Source of the DNA: Chthoniobacteraceae bacterium
GTDB taxonomy: Bacteria; Verrucomicrobiota; Verrucomicrobiia; Chthoniobacterales; Chthoniobacteraceae
Assembly: GCA_031409655.1 (NCBI GenBank)
Contig: JANNXQ010000259.1
Span: 25,914-89,913, forward strand
DNA length: 64,000 nucleotides
Direction of reading: 5' to 3'
The notes under the pieces are model-generated. The model made no database searches, was not told the DNA's origin, and saw only the letters and a list, made by a program, of their open reading frames with translations. The translations under genes were made by a program, and so were the position numbers. The first letter of the stretch is position 1. Each line of letters begins with the position of its first letter. This document shows positions 10,188 to 20,418 of the stretch, piece after piece.

Positions 10188-10254
10188 AGGCTTGCGGGAA
10201 GATTTCTCCCTCGACCCGCTTGGGTTTGCGGTCGAGAAGCAAGGTCCCGTGAAA

Positions 10255-11166
10255 ATGCTTCCCTCCCTCCTCTTCACGCTCGCGCTTCTCGGCGCGGGCT
10301 CCCCATGCGTTCTGGCGGCGGATGCGCCCGTCGGCACGCCGCTCTTTGGCCGGCATGATTTCATCGAATACACGGCGGGCGATCTACCCATCGTGATCTT
10401 GGCTCCGCATGGCGGGCGCGAAAAGCCGGACGAGATCCCCACCCGGACTAATGGCGTGGTGGATATCGACACGAATACGCAGGAACTCGCGCGGGCCGTG
10501 CAGGCCGAATTCCGCGCCCGGACGGGGCGCCAGCCGCACCTCGTCCTCTGCCGGCTGCATCGGAGCAAACTGGATTGCAATCGGGAGATCGTGGAGGCGG
10601 CTGCCGGGTCCGCGGTGGCCGAGACGGCCTGGACCGAATATCACGGCTTCATCGAAAAGGCGTGCGCGAAGGCTGTGGCCAAGTATGGCCGGGCCTTTTA
10701 CCTCGACCTCCATGGCCACGGCCACAAACACGCGCGGCTCGAACTCGGCTACCTGCACTCGGCGGAGACCCTGGGACTGCCGGACGCGGAACTGAACCGC
10801 CCGGCCACCATCGCGGCCAGCAGCATCCGCCTCCTCGCGGCGCAATCGAAGCTGCCCTACGTCGATCTGCTGCGGGGTCCGCGCAGCCTCGGCGCCCTCT
10901 GCGAGGCTCAGGGTTTTCCTGCGACGCCCAGCCCGGCGCATCCCACGCCAGCGGTGCCCTTTTTCAACGGTGGCTACAGCGTCCGTCGGCACACCGCCGC
11001 CGGGGGCAAAGTGGCGGGCTTGCAGATTGAGTGCAATCTGAAGGGGATCCGCGACACGGCCGAAAACCGGGAACGCTTTGCCCGCGCTCTGGTCACGGTG
11101 CTGGATATCTACCTGGCCGAACACTGGGACCTGAAGCTTCAGGCCCGACCCGCCGCTGCCCGGTGA
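10255..11166 (+). CDS. N-formylglutamate amidohydrolase-like (Zn-peptidase fold) secreted protein
   Basis: Signal peptide; APHGG, DTNTQEL, LHRSKLDCNR, LDLHGHGH, FNGGYSV, LQIE. Confidence 0.75.
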   Translation: MLPSLLFTLALLGAGSPCVLAADAPVGTPLFGRHDFIEYTAGDLPIVILAPHGGREKPDEIPTRTNGVVDIDTNTQELARAVQAEFRARTGRQPHLVLCRLHRSKLDCNREIVEAAAGSAVAETAWTEYHGFIEKACAKAVAKYGRAFYLDLHGHGHKHARLELGYLHSAETLGLPDAELNRPATIAASSIRLLAAQSKLPYVDLLRGPRSLGALCEAQGFPATPSPAHPTPAVPFFNGGYSVRRHTAAGGKVAGLQIECNLKGIRDTAENRERFARALVTVLDIYLAEHWDLKLQARPAAAR

Positions 11167-11277
11167 CCCCCTCGACGCGGCGCCCGGCCCGGGTGTTTTT
11201 CTCCCAAGAGCGGAGGCCGCCCTGCCCAGAGGCGTCAGTTCCGGATCGGGTGGCGGGCAGTCCTTGCCGGTTTTCCT

Positions 11278-11307
11278 TTGACGGGGTCACGCACCCCCCC
11301 CTATGTG
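11278..11307 (+). promoter_or_regulatory. Possible sigma70-type promoter for the mre operon
   Basis: TTGACG, 18-nt spacer, then TATGTG (weak -10), about 130 nt upstream of mreB. Confidence 0.25.
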
Positions 11308-11434
11308 TAGTCGCTTTTCCGACAGTCCCCGGTCCAAAATTCGCTCTGAGGCGTCAGAAAACCTCAACGGTGGATGCTCCGAGGCAGCCACCCGTCACCC
11401 AAATTTCACGCTTTTAACAATAGGTTCACTCTGA

Positions 11435-12475
11435 ATGTTTAATGGTTTTTTCGGATTGTTCTCCAATGACATCGGCATCGATCTGGGGACGGCCAATACG
11501 CTGGTTTATGTAAAGGATCACGGAATCGTGCTGCGCGAGCCCTCAGTGGTGGCCGTGCAGGTGGGGACGAATCATGTGCTGGCCGTCGGCGACGAGGCCA
11601 AGCGAATGCTCGGTCGCACGCCCGGTAACATCGTGGCCATCAGGCCTTTGAAGGATGGGGTCATCGCGGATTTCGAGATCACGGAAGCGATGCTGCGGCA
11701 CTTTATCCATAAGGTTCACAATCGGCGGACGCTCTTCCGGCCCCGGCCTCGCGTGGTCATCGCGGTGCCCTCTGGCATCACCGAAGTGGAGAAACGCGCG
11801 GTGAAGGAGTCCGCCCTGCGCGCCGGCGCCCGGGAAGTTCACCTCATCGAGGAGCCCATGGCGGCGGCGATCGGCTGCGGTCTGCCGGTCCAGGATGCGG
11901 CGGGCAACATGATCATCGACATCGGCGGTGGCACCACCGAAGTGGCGCTGATCTCCCTTTCTGGCATCGTCTTCTGCCGGAGCGTGCGGGTGGCCGGCGA
12001 TGAACTGGATGAGGCGATCATCCAATACATGAAGCGGGCGTACAATCTGATGATCGGCGAGCGCACCGCGGAGGACATCAAGATCAAGATCGGCAGCGCC
12101 TATCCGCTGGAAAAAGAGACCACCATGGAAGTCAAGGGACGCGACCTCGTGGCTGGTTTGCCAAAGACTCTCACTGTCACCTCTCAGGAAGTCCGCGAGG
12201 CCCTCCTGGAACCCATTTCCACCATTGTGGATTCCGTCCGCGTGACCCTCGAGCGATGCCCGCCCGAGCTCAGCGCCGACCTCGTAGACCGCGGCCTCGT
12301 GCTGGCCGGCGGCGGCGCACTCTTGCGCGGTCTCGATCGCTTGCTCACCGAAGAAACAGGTCTCCCGGTCCATGTGGCCGAGGATCCGCTCAGCGCCGTG
12401 GCCGAAGGCACCGGTCGCGCGTTGAGTGAGATCAAGTTCCTGCGCAAGGTGGCGACGAGCGATTCCCGGTTCTGA
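11435..12475 (+). CDS. mreB: Rod shape-determining protein MreB
   Basis: [52 protein letters not shown]. Confidence 0.98.
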   Translation: MFNGFFGLFSNDIGIDLGTANTLVYVKDHGIVLREPSVVAVQVGTNHVLAVGDEAKRMLGRTPGNIVAIRPLKDGVIADFEITEAMLRHFIHKVHNRRTLFRPRPRVVIAVPSGITEVEKRAVKESALRAGAREVHLIEEPMAAAIGCGLPVQDAAGNMIIDIGGGTTEVALISLSGIVFCRSVRVAGDELDEAIIQYMKRAYNLMIGERTAEDIKIKIGSAYPLEKETTMEVKGRDLVAGLPKTLTVTSQEVREALLEPISTIVDSVRVTLERCPPELSADLVDRGLVLAGGGALLRGLDRLLTEETGLPVHVAEDPLSAVAEGTGRALSEIKFLRKVATSDSRF

Positions 12476-12527
12476 ACCTGGAAACGCAAGATGACGGCTC
12501 CCGCTGAGCGCATGATGGGAGGGGCGA

Positions 12528-12653
12528 AAAGCTCCAAGATCCAAGCTCCAAGCCCCAAAGAAGCTCCAAGCTCCAAGTTTCAAGGGCGAGCTTCCGTCCG
12601 TCGTGCTGGCAGCTTGGGGCTTCTCTGGTGCTTGGGTTTTGGTGCCTGGGATT
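12528..12653. repeat. Heptamer tandem-repeat hairpin, (CAAGCTC)n ... (CTTGGRG-like)n, between mreB and mreC
   Basis: AAGCTCCAAGATCCAAGCTCCAAGCCCCAAAGAAGCTCCAAGCTCCAAG ... CTTGGGGCTTCTCTGGTGCTTGGGTTTTGGTGCCTGGGATTT. Confidence 0.75.
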
Positions 12654-12660
12654 TCTCCGC

Positions 12661-13473
12661 ATGAACCGCAAGGCCATCACCGCCGTCTCGGTCGCCGGAT
12701 TTTTCATCCTCGTCGCGCTGATCATCGCGCTCAGTCCACACAAGACCCGGCAGGTTCAGGCGGGTTTCCTCGGGCTCATTTCGCCCTTTCTGAAGACCGG
12801 CTCTTCGCTGGAGAAAAAATACCGCGAGTACAGCGAGGGGCTGAAGACGATCGAGCGGCTCGAAGACGACAACAAACGTCTGGCCGTCGTGAACAAGGAA
12901 CTCAGCGCCACGAACCAAACCTTGCGCGGGCTGGAGAAGGAGAACAACCGCCTCCGCAACGCCCTCCAATATCGCGAGCGCGCCGTTTTCAAACTCATGC
13001 CGGCCCGGATCATCGCCCGCGATCCCTCCACCTGGTACAATCAGGTGACGATCGACCGCGGCAGCGCCGACGACATCAAGGAAGACATGCCCGTGCTCAC
13101 CGAAGAGGGTCTGGTGGGGAAAACGACCATCGTCTCCGCGCACGCTTGCGTGGTGGTGCTGATCGCGGATGAATCCTGCAAAGTGGCCGCGACCGTCGAA
13201 GGCACGCGGGAGCAGGGGATCGTGAAAGGGGAACGGACTGGGAGTAACTCGACCCCGGTGATCAGCCTCAATTTCATCTCCAAGAACGGCAACCTGCAGA
13301 ATGGCATGAAGATCTACAGCTCCGGCGTGGGCGGAGTCTTTCCCAGCGGCGTCCTCATCGGCGCGGTGCGGGACTACAAAGTGCGCGAGCTGGATGGATT
13401 TGCGTATGTCGTGCCGGCGGTGGATTTGACCACGCTGGAGGATGTTTTTGTGGTCGTAAGCAAGGAGAAGTGA
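12661..13473 (+). CDS. mreC: Rod shape-determining protein MreC
   Basis: N-terminal TM, coiled coil (LEKENNRLRNAL), ARIIARDP, IDRGS..I..DMPV....GLVGK, SSGVGGVFPSGVLIG; follows mreB. Confidence 0.95.
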   Translation: MNRKAITAVSVAGFFILVALIIALSPHKTRQVQAGFLGLISPFLKTGSSLEKKYREYSEGLKTIERLEDDNKRLAVVNKELSATNQTLRGLEKENNRLRNALQYRERAVFKLMPARIIARDPSTWYNQVTIDRGSADDIKEDMPVLTEEGLVGKTTIVSAHACVVVLIADESCKVAATVEGTREQGIVKGERTGSNSTPVISLNFISKNGNLQNGMKIYSSGVGGVFPSGVLIGAVRDYKVRELDGFAYVVPAVDLTTLEDVFVVVSKEK

Positions 13474-13483
13474 AGATGGAAGA

Positions 13484-13592
13484 AAACGCCAAACTTCAAA
13501 CGCCAAACTTCAAACGCCAAACGCATCAGCGCGAGGCGTGGGGGCAAGCACCCGTTTGGCGTTTAGCGTTTGGAGTTTGGCGTTTAGCGTTT
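13484..13592. repeat. Heptamer tandem-repeat hairpin, (AAACGCC/AAACTTC)n ... (GTTTGGC/GTTTAGC)n, between mreC and mreD
   Basis: AAACGCCAAACTTCAAACGCCAAACTTCAAACGCCAAACGC ... CGTTTGGCGTTTAGCGTTTGGAGTTTGGCGTTTAGCGTTTT. Confidence 0.88.
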
Positions 13593-13618
13593 TCTTCTCA
13601 TCCACGGAGGCGTCTCGC

Positions 13619-14167
13619 ATGACCCTCTTCTTCTGCATCCTCGTCGTCGTGATGTTCTGCTCCCTGGTCGTGCAGCATTTCATCCCGCCGCTCCCGACTA
13701 TCGACGCCCGCGTGCTCCTCATGCCCATCGTCATGTTCTACGGCTCGCTCGCGCTGCCCACGCCCTTCATGTTGGGGCTCGTGCTCATCGGCGGGCTCAT
13801 GTGGGATGCCATCCATGTGCAGGTCATCGAGGGGAGTATTGAAATCGCGATGGGCTGGTCCATCGTCCTCTACGCCGGTCTCGGCGCGATCATGGGCGGC
13901 TTCCGACCACTCTTTCAACGCGGACGCTGGGAAGTCCACTGCTTCCTCAGCGGCCTTTGCACTGCCTTCATCGTGCTCGCCGAGTACCTCATGCTCACCT
14001 TCCGGCGCGACCCGGTGGTCTTCATCTTCAATCAGGAGATCGCTTGGCGCATCGGTGGCGCCGGGATCGTGGCGCTCCTGCTTTCGCCTTTGTTTTTCTT
14101 TGCGCTGAACTATCTCGCGCAACTCGCCAACTACGACCCTCAACCGCTGCGCAAGGGGAGACGCTGA
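13619..14167 (+). CDS. mreD: Probable rod shape-determining protein MreD
   Basis: About 182-aa polytopic membrane protein between mreC and the PBP2 gene; called mainly on synteny. Confidence 0.75.
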   Translation: MTLFFCILVVVMFCSLVVQHFIPPLPTIDARVLLMPIVMFYGSLALPTPFMLGLVLIGGLMWDAIHVQVIEGSIEIAMGWSIVLYAGLGAIMGGFRPLFQRGRWEVHCFLSGLCTAFIVLAEYLMLTFRRDPVVFIFNQEIAWRIGGAGIVALLLSPLFFFALNYLAQLANYDPQPLRKGRR

Positions 14168-14169
14168 CC

Positions 14170-16473
14170 ATGGCTTTAAGATTCCGCATCGGCTCCGGCC
14201 CAGTCGCCGAACTCCGCATTTGGTTCCTCGCGCTCGTCATGCTCCTCGGGCTCGGCGGGCTCGTCGCCAAGCTCTGGTACGAGCAGGTGCTGCGCGGGCC
14301 CAAGTGGACCTCAAAACTGCGCGGGCGCGGCGAAGTCACCGTCCGCATCCCCTCCGTCCGCGGCGAAATCCGCGACCGCAACGGCATCACCCTCGTTGGC
14401 AATCGCGCGAGCTACGAAGTCGATTTCTATCTCCGCGACATGGTCAAGGGTTACCGCGATCTCACGGGCACCGTGCCGCAGGTCGATTTCGAGCTCATCG
14501 TGAAACAGATGCGCAAGAAGAAGAAGGAGCCCGACATCGTGCGCATCGTCAATGAGAGCGTGGTCCCGCGACTCATGGAGCTGGACCTCGCGCGCGACTA
14601 CAATTCCGAGCGGCTCCAGCGGCACTACCGGAATGACACCGAGGTGCCTTTTACTTACTTCGAAATCGATAAGGACGACTTCGGAACGATCGCCAAATTT
14701 TCCGAGCACAACGTCGGCCTGCCTGGGGTGGAGATCGCCGCCAAGCCAGTGCGCGAGTATATCTACGGAGCCTTCGCCGCGCACTTACTCGGGTATGTCG
14801 GCGCGCCGAATGACATCGACCGGTTGCCCGACGTAAAGAAGTACACCTTCTATCAGCCCGACGTGGAGGGGAAGTCGCAGGTCGAGGAAAAGTATGACCG
14901 CTGGATTCGCGGCACGCCTGGGGTGCGCGTCTTGCAGAAAAATGTGAAGGGCGTGATCGAAGGCGAGATCGTCGAGAAGCGCGTCGCCCCCCAGCAGGGC
15001 AATAACATCTTTCTAACCATCGACGCCCGCATCCAGTTCATCGCGGAGCGCGCCTTGCGCGAAGCTGGAGTGGGCCGCGCCGCTGCGGTCATCGTGAATC
15101 CGAAAAATGGCGACATCCTCGCCATGGCTTCTGTGCCGAGCTACGACCCGAATATCTTCATCCCGAGCGTCTCGACCAAGGACTGGAAGATCCTCACCGA
15201 TGACGAGACCGACCCACTCACTAATCGCGCCATCCAAGGTTATGCGCCGGGTTCCACTTACAAGGCCGTCACCGCGCTGGCCGGTCTCCACGCGAAGATT
15301 CCCGCCGATCGTGCCTACAATTGTGGCGGCGGTTATCAGTATGGCGGTAAGTTCATGAAGTGCTGGATCAAGGAGAAGGGTGGCTCGCATGGCGTGATCG
15401 CCCTGCCCGATGCGCTCAAACATTCGTGCAACTCCTACTTCTACCAATTCGGCAACGCTGCCGGCATCGACGAGATCGACCTCGTCGGCGGCCAGCTCGG
15501 GCTCGGCAAAAGGACCGGCGTTCCGCTCACCGGAGAGAGCGGCGGCATCCTTCCCGGCCCCGAATGGCTGAAGCTCGTCGAGCCGAATGCCCGCTGGTCC
15601 ACCGGTTACACCGCGAATGTCTCCATCGGTCAGGGCGCCGTCGAGGCCTCGCCGCTCCAGATGGCCATGGTCACCGCGACGATCGCCAACCGCGGCATGT
15701 CCTACGAACCGCGGCTCATCAATCGCGTGCTCGATCAGAAGGGCAACGATGTGAAGGACGAAGACGGCAAGCTCGTCGCTCCGCCAGAGCCGAAGGTGCT
15801 GGCGGATCTGCGCAAAGGCGGTATCCGCGAGGATCAGATAGAGTCCGTGCGCGAAGGCATGAAGCGCGTCGTGGCCACGGGCACGGGCAAGAAGGCGCAG
15901 ATCAAAGGCATCACCGTGGCCGGGAAGACCGGCACGGCGCAATTCTGGAGGGAGAGCGAAGGCAAAAGAATCAAGGACAACCACACCTGGTTCATCTGTT
16001 TCGCGCCCTATGAGGATCCGAAGTTTGCCATCACTGTTTTCGTCCAGGGGGCGAAGTCTGGCGGCGGGGTCTCCGCGCCCATCGCCCAGCGCATCCTAGA
16101 GGAAAGCCTCGCGCTCGAGAAAGGCTTTGAGGTGAAAATCGAACCGCTCCCTCCGGCGACTGGGAGTTTCGCCCCGATCGAAATGGTCGATTACAAAAAG
16201 AGCGCCGTGCCCGCCAATATCTCCGACCAGCTCTCCGACGACGATCAGGAGCGCTCCGATCACAATGAGGCGCCGCCGGTGGTGCCGAAAAAGAAATCCA
16301 AACAGATCGCCGCCAAGCCGGACATCCGCGCTGAAGCCGACGCCGCCGGCAAAGTGCGCAAAGGCGAAGCCGTCAAACCCACGGCTGACAAACGCGGCTT
16401 CTTGCAACGCTTCTTCGGTGGTAAGTCCAATCCACCCAAGCCCGCGCCCGCCCCGAAACCAGGCGGCCGATGA
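14170..16473 (+). CDS. mrdA: Penicillin-binding protein 2 (class B transpeptidase)
   Basis: RGEIRDRNG, REYIYG..AAHLLGYVG, LTIDARIQ, SxxK (PGSTYK), SxN (HSCNSYFY), KTG (GKTGTAQ); position in the mre operon. Confidence 0.95.
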   Translation: MALRFRIGSGPVAELRIWFLALVMLLGLGGLVAKLWYEQVLRGPKWTSKLRGRGEVTVRIPSVRGEIRDRNGITLVGNRASYEVDFYLRDMVKGYRDLTGTVPQVDFELIVKQMRKKKKEPDIVRIVNESVVPRLMELDLARDYNSERLQRHYRNDTEVPFTYFEIDKDDFGTIAKFSEHNVGLPGVEIAAKPVREYIYGAFAAHLLGYVGAPNDIDRLPDVKKYTFYQPDVEGKSQVEEKYDRWIRGTPGVRVLQKNVKGVIEGEIVEKRVAPQQGNNIFLTIDARIQFIAERALREAGVGRAAAVIVNPKNGDILAMASVPSYDPNIFIPSVSTKDWKILTDDETDPLTNRAIQGYAPGSTYKAVTALAGLHAKIPADRAYNCGGGYQYGGKFMKCWIKEKGGSHGVIALPDALKHSCNSYFYQFGNAAGIDEIDLVGGQLGLGKRTGVPLTGESGGILPGPEWLKLVEPNARWSTGYTANVSIGQGAVEASPLQMAMVTATIANRGMSYEPRLINRVLDQKGNDVKDEDGKLVAPPEPKVLADLRKGGIREDQIESVREGMKRVVATGTGKKAQIKGITVAGKTGTAQFWRESEGKRIKDNHTWFICFAPYEDPKFAITVFVQGAKSGGGVSAPIAQRILEESLALEKGFEVKIEPLPPATGSFAPIEMVDYKKSAVPANISDQLSDDDQERSDHNEAPPVVPKKKSKQIAAKPDIRAEADAAGKVRKGEAVKPTADKRGFLQRFFGGKSNPPKPAPAPKPGGR

Positions 16474-16527
16474 CCTTTCCCCCAATCCAACCCAGTGCTC
16501 TCGAAACTTTACCCAACACTTATTTCC

Positions 16528-18099
16528 ATGACCGAACGTGTCAAACGACTCCTCGGCCTGGCCCCGCGCCAGACCGGTAACAAACTCATCATCAACTGCG
16601 AAAAACTCGAGCGCCGCGTCGCGCTGCTCGAGGGAGGCGTGCTCGAGGAATACTCCATCGAGCGCGAGACCGATCACAACATCGTCGGCAGCATCTTCAA
16701 AGGCCGCGTGAAAAACATTGAGCACGGCCTCAAGGCCATGTTCGTCGATATCGGTTACGAAAAGAATGCCTTCCTGCACTTCTGGGACGCACTCCCTGCG
16801 GCGCTCGATAGCGGCATCGAAGAAGTGGAACGCTCTGGCAAGAAGAAGGAAAAGCGGATCACCGCAAAGGACATCCCGAGCATCTATCCCGTGGGTAGCG
16901 AAGTGCTCGTGCAAGTAACGAAGGGCCCCATCAGCACCAAGGGCCCGCGTGTTACTACCAATATCTCCCTCGCCGGCCGCTTCCTCGTGCTCATGCCTTA
17001 CAGCGAGCAGTGCGGTATCTCGCGGAAGATCGATAACCCCAAGGAACGCGATCGTCTCCGCAAGATCCTCAAAGACCTCAACGTCCCGGAAGGCATCGGC
17101 ATCATCATCCGCACCGTGGGTGAGGGGCAAAAGGCCCGTTACTTCGTCCGCGATCTCGCTTACCTCGTGGAGCAGTGGCGCTCCATTGAGGCCGCGATGA
17201 AAGAGAAAGCCGCGCCGGCCTGCGTCTTCGCCGAGCCCGGTCTCATTGAGCGCACCGTGCGCGATTTCCTCACCGACGAAATCGACGAGGTCGTCTGTGA
17301 CGATGAAAACGCGGTGAAACGCATGACCGAGATGGTCAGCCAGATCTCGAAGCGCTCCGCCATCCGCATCAAGCACTACCCCGGTACCACGCCGATCTTC
17401 GAGCAGTACCAGATTCAGAAACAGATCGACGATAGCTTCCACCGCCAGGTCTGGCTGCCCTGCGGCGGTTACATCGTCATCGATGAAACCGAGGCGCTCA
17501 TCGCCATCGACGTCAATACCGGACGGAATAAAGGCGGTAAGGACGTGGAGAAAACCATCTTGCAAACCAACCTCGAAGCCGCCGACGAAATGTCCCGCCA
17601 GATGCGGCTGCGGAATATCGGCGGCCTGATCATCGGTGACTTCATCGACATGAAGAGCCGGCGCGATCAGCAGGCCGTCTATCAGCGGATGAAAGATCGC
17701 CTGCGCCGCGACAAAGCGAAGACCCACGTCCTCCCGATCTCCCCGCTCGGTCTCATGGAAATGACCCGCCAGCGCGCCGCCGAATCCATCAGCGGCACCG
17801 TCTATGACACCTGCCCCTACTGCAACGGCCGCGGCACCGTCAAAAGTTCCATGACCATGAGCGTCGAGCTCCAGCGCGAGCTCCATCTCGTGATGCGCAA
17901 ATATCAGGACACCATCCACGACATCAAAGTGATCGTGAATCCCCACGTCCTCACCCGCCTGCGCAGCGAAGACGAAGAGCTGCTCGTCGAGATCGAACGC
18001 AAATACGCCGCGCGCCTCACCTTCCGCGGCGACCCCGCCTTTCATCACGAGAAGTTCACCATCACCGACGCCAATAGCGGCGCGGAGCTGAAGGCCTAA
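16528..18099 (+). CDS. rng: Ribonuclease G/E family protein
   Basis: S1 domain (GSIFKGRVKNI...FVDIGYEKNAFLH), LVQVTKGPISTKGPRVT, IDVNTG, TNLEAA, LRNIGGLIIGDFIDM, CPYCNGRG. Confidence 0.93.
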   Translation: MTERVKRLLGLAPRQTGNKLIINCEKLERRVALLEGGVLEEYSIERETDHNIVGSIFKGRVKNIEHGLKAMFVDIGYEKNAFLHFWDALPAALDSGIEEVERSGKKKEKRITAKDIPSIYPVGSEVLVQVTKGPISTKGPRVTTNISLAGRFLVLMPYSEQCGISRKIDNPKERDRLRKILKDLNVPEGIGIIIRTVGEGQKARYFVRDLAYLVEQWRSIEAAMKEKAAPACVFAEPGLIERTVRDFLTDEIDEVVCDDENAVKRMTEMVSQISKRSAIRIKHYPGTTPIFEQYQIQKQIDDSFHRQVWLPCGGYIVIDETEALIAIDVNTGRNKGGKDVEKTILQTNLEAADEMSRQMRLRNIGGLIIGDFIDMKSRRDQQAVYQRMKDRLRRDKAKTHVLPISPLGLMEMTRQRAAESISGTVYDTCPYCNGRGTVKSSMTMSVELQRELHLVMRKYQDTIHDIKVIVNPHVLTRLRSEDEELLVEIERKYAARLTFRGDPAFHHEKFTITDANSGAELKA

Positions 18100-18394
18100 G
18101 CGCCCGTTCCGGGAGTGGCCTCCGGGAGGGACGTGCTTCCTGTCAGGACTGACGTGCTTCGAGCGGCGAGGGAGGGGACTGGCGAGGGTCGCGCGAGCAG
18201 GGGAGACACCCGGACGATGACGCCCCTGGTGAGCACGGCGCTCGCGGCCCCGTCGTCATATCTCTTTACCCCCCGCCGCTCCGCCCGCCCCCGAAGTCTC
18301 TTTTTCCAACGTCCACTTGGGAACAAAATGACGGGTGGCTCATTGCCATTTGAGGTGCGTTATGCAACCCCTTCGAGGAATTACTCCCCTCCAG

Positions 18395-20170
18395 ATGACT
18401 TCCCGCTTCGTCTTTTGCGCTTTGGCATTCCTCGTAACCGGCCTCGTGGCACGCGGCGAGATTCCGTTTTCGCTACAGTATGCGACCTATTTGGGCGGCA
18501 CCAGCTGGGAGCACGCGCGCGATATTTATACCACCGCCGCCGGATTCACTTATGTCGTAGGCGGCACGGGCTCGGGCAACTTCGCCGGTGCCAGCAATTT
18601 TCCCGGCCCAAACACTTACAACGCCGGGCAGCCCAATAGTGCTGCGGACGCGGCGTTTGGCGGCTGCGACGTGTTCATCACCAAAATGTCGCCCTCCGGG
18701 CAGGTGCTGTGGACGAAATACATGGGGGGCGCGAACTACGATCGGGCCTACGCGCTGGAATTGGACGCGACGGGCAACATCTACATCGCGGGGCGCGCCG
18801 GGCGCGGCTTTCCGATGGTCAACGCGCTGCAGTCCACTTTTTCGGGGACGAGTTCGCCGTCGAATTACGGCGATCAGAATGGCTTCGTCGCGAAGCTCAG
18901 TCCGGCGGGCGACGTGCTCTGGTCCACCTACGTCGGCACGGGCGAGTTGGTACGCGATCTCGCCATCGACGTGGCCGGCGACGTATATGTGCCGCTGACG
19001 CTCGCCGCCGCGTCCAGTCGCACGGCTTTCAATACCCCGGCGCTGAGCGCGTTTCAGGGCAAGATCACCAACTCGCCACCGACGACCAATACGAACGACG
19101 TAGGCTTGGTAAAGCTTCGCGGCGATGGGACTGGAGTGGTGTGGGCGCGGTGGATTGGCGGGACTGGGTCCGAGGTGACGAATCCCTCGATCCGCGTCAA
19201 CGCCGCCGGCGAAGCGCACCTGCTCTGCTCCACCACGAGCACCAATAGTAGCTTGCCGGCGGTCGGCGCCGTTTCGCAGACCAACAACGGCGGTGCCGCC
19301 GACAGCTATCTCGCCAAGGTAGCGGCCGATGGGGCGAGCCTTATTTATGGCACCTATCTGGGCGGCACCGGCAGCGAGGCCCACGAGACACACAGCCTGG
19401 CGCTGGATGCCGCGGGAAACGCAGTGGTGTCCATCCACACGAGCTCGGCCAATTTCCCGATCACGCCGGGCGCCCTGAACAGCGCGACGCGTGGGGGGAA
19501 CGACATTGCCATCGTGAAGTTCAACGGCAGCGGGGCGCGCATCTTGAGTGCGGTCATCGGCGGCAGCGGAGGCGAAAATCCGGACGGAATTTATGTGGAT
19601 GCCAATGGACGGGTGTTTATTGCCTTCGAGACGAGCTCGACAAATTTCCCCACGACGCCCGGTGCCTTTGATCTCACGGCCAACGGCAGCAACGACGGCG
19701 GGTTCCTAGTCCTCTCCGCGGACTTTACGCACCTGGAATACGCGACGCTCTTTGGCGGCTCGGCCTATGACAACGCCCGCACGATGTTTCTCGCGGGCGA
19801 TGGGTCGGTCTATCTCACGGGTGGCACGCTCAGCACCAATCTGCCGACGCTCAATGCCTATGACACCACCTTCAACGGCGGCAGTCACAACTTCGCGCCC
19901 GGCAGTGGGGACGCGTGGGTCGCCCGCTTTATAAACAACGACCAGGCTGGCGTGAATATCCGGAAGATCGAGGTGCCGCCCGGCAGCGGCATGAAGGTGA
20001 CCTGCGCGCGCATCCCGGGATTAGGCTACCGCGTCCAAAGCAGCGACAGCCTGGCCGTCGGTTTATGGATGGACCGAGCGACGGTTCTGCCGGATGCGCC
20101 GGGCGAATTCGAGTTCATCGATCCGCTGCCGTTGCCCGCGCGTCGCTTCTACCGCGCCGTCACACCCTGA
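18395..20170 (+). CDS. Secreted SBBP-repeat beta-propeller protein with C-terminal FYR-ending domain
   Basis: Signal peptide; repeats such as YATYLGG, D..GNIYIAG, S.NFP.T, D.FI.K; ends YRVQSSDSL...W...RRFYRAVTP. Alternative start at 18362. Confidence 0.8.
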   Translation: MTSRFVFCALAFLVTGLVARGEIPFSLQYATYLGGTSWEHARDIYTTAAGFTYVVGGTGSGNFAGASNFPGPNTYNAGQPNSAADAAFGGCDVFITKMSPSGQVLWTKYMGGANYDRAYALELDATGNIYIAGRAGRGFPMVNALQSTFSGTSSPSNYGDQNGFVAKLSPAGDVLWSTYVGTGELVRDLAIDVAGDVYVPLTLAAASSRTAFNTPALSAFQGKITNSPPTTNTNDVGLVKLRGDGTGVVWARWIGGTGSEVTNPSIRVNAAGEAHLLCSTTSTNSSLPAVGAVSQTNNGGAADSYLAKVAADGASLIYGTYLGGTGSEAHETHSLALDAAGNAVVSIHTSSANFPITPGALNSATRGGNDIAIVKFNGSGARILSAVIGGSGGENPDGIYVDANGRVFIAFETSSTNFPTTPGAFDLTANGSNDGGFLVLSADFTHLEYATLFGGSAYDNARTMFLAGDGSVYLTGGTLSTNLPTLNAYDTTFNGGSHNFAPGSGDAWVARFINNDQAGVNIRKIEVPPGSGMKVTCARIPGLGYRVQSSDSLAVGLWMDRATVLPDAPGEFEFIDPLPLPARRFYRAVTP

Positions 20171-20224
20171 GAACAGCATCAGCGGGGCGTCGACGCGCGC
20201 AGATCTGCCGAGCCGTAAACGCCC

Positions 20225-20346
20225 GGGAGCGCAGCCGTCCCGTGAGGCATCGTCGCCCATGCGCGCAGCGCCACTCATCTGCAAGCGCGGTTGGAAGAGG
20301 CGCTGAGCGCATTTGGGGGCTGCCGCGCGGGGACGGCGGCGCTCCC
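20225..20346. repeat. REP-like inverted repeat (same family as the outer arms at 1013-1137)
   Basis: GGGAGCGCAGCCGTCCCGTGAGGCA ... TGCCGCGCGGGGACGGCGGCGCTCCC. Confidence 0.6.
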
Positions 20347-20418
20347 AGGGCTGCCTGTGCGCTCCGAGTGACGGAGTTTCTTGTTGCCCGCGCTGCTTCG
20401 CCGCATCTTCCGCCTCGC

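Noticed and set aside
11435..18099. Absence of rodA from the mreBCD-mrdA-rng cluster as a novelty
   Set aside because: rodA is often encoded elsewhere; this cannot be judged from one window.
19915..20418. Long N-terminal extensions given by the ORF track for the UvrD helicase (and similarly mrdA, uppS, SufE, GT2)
   Set aside because: The extensions overlap upstream genes or repeats and are low-complexity; downstream ATGs match the family N-termini.
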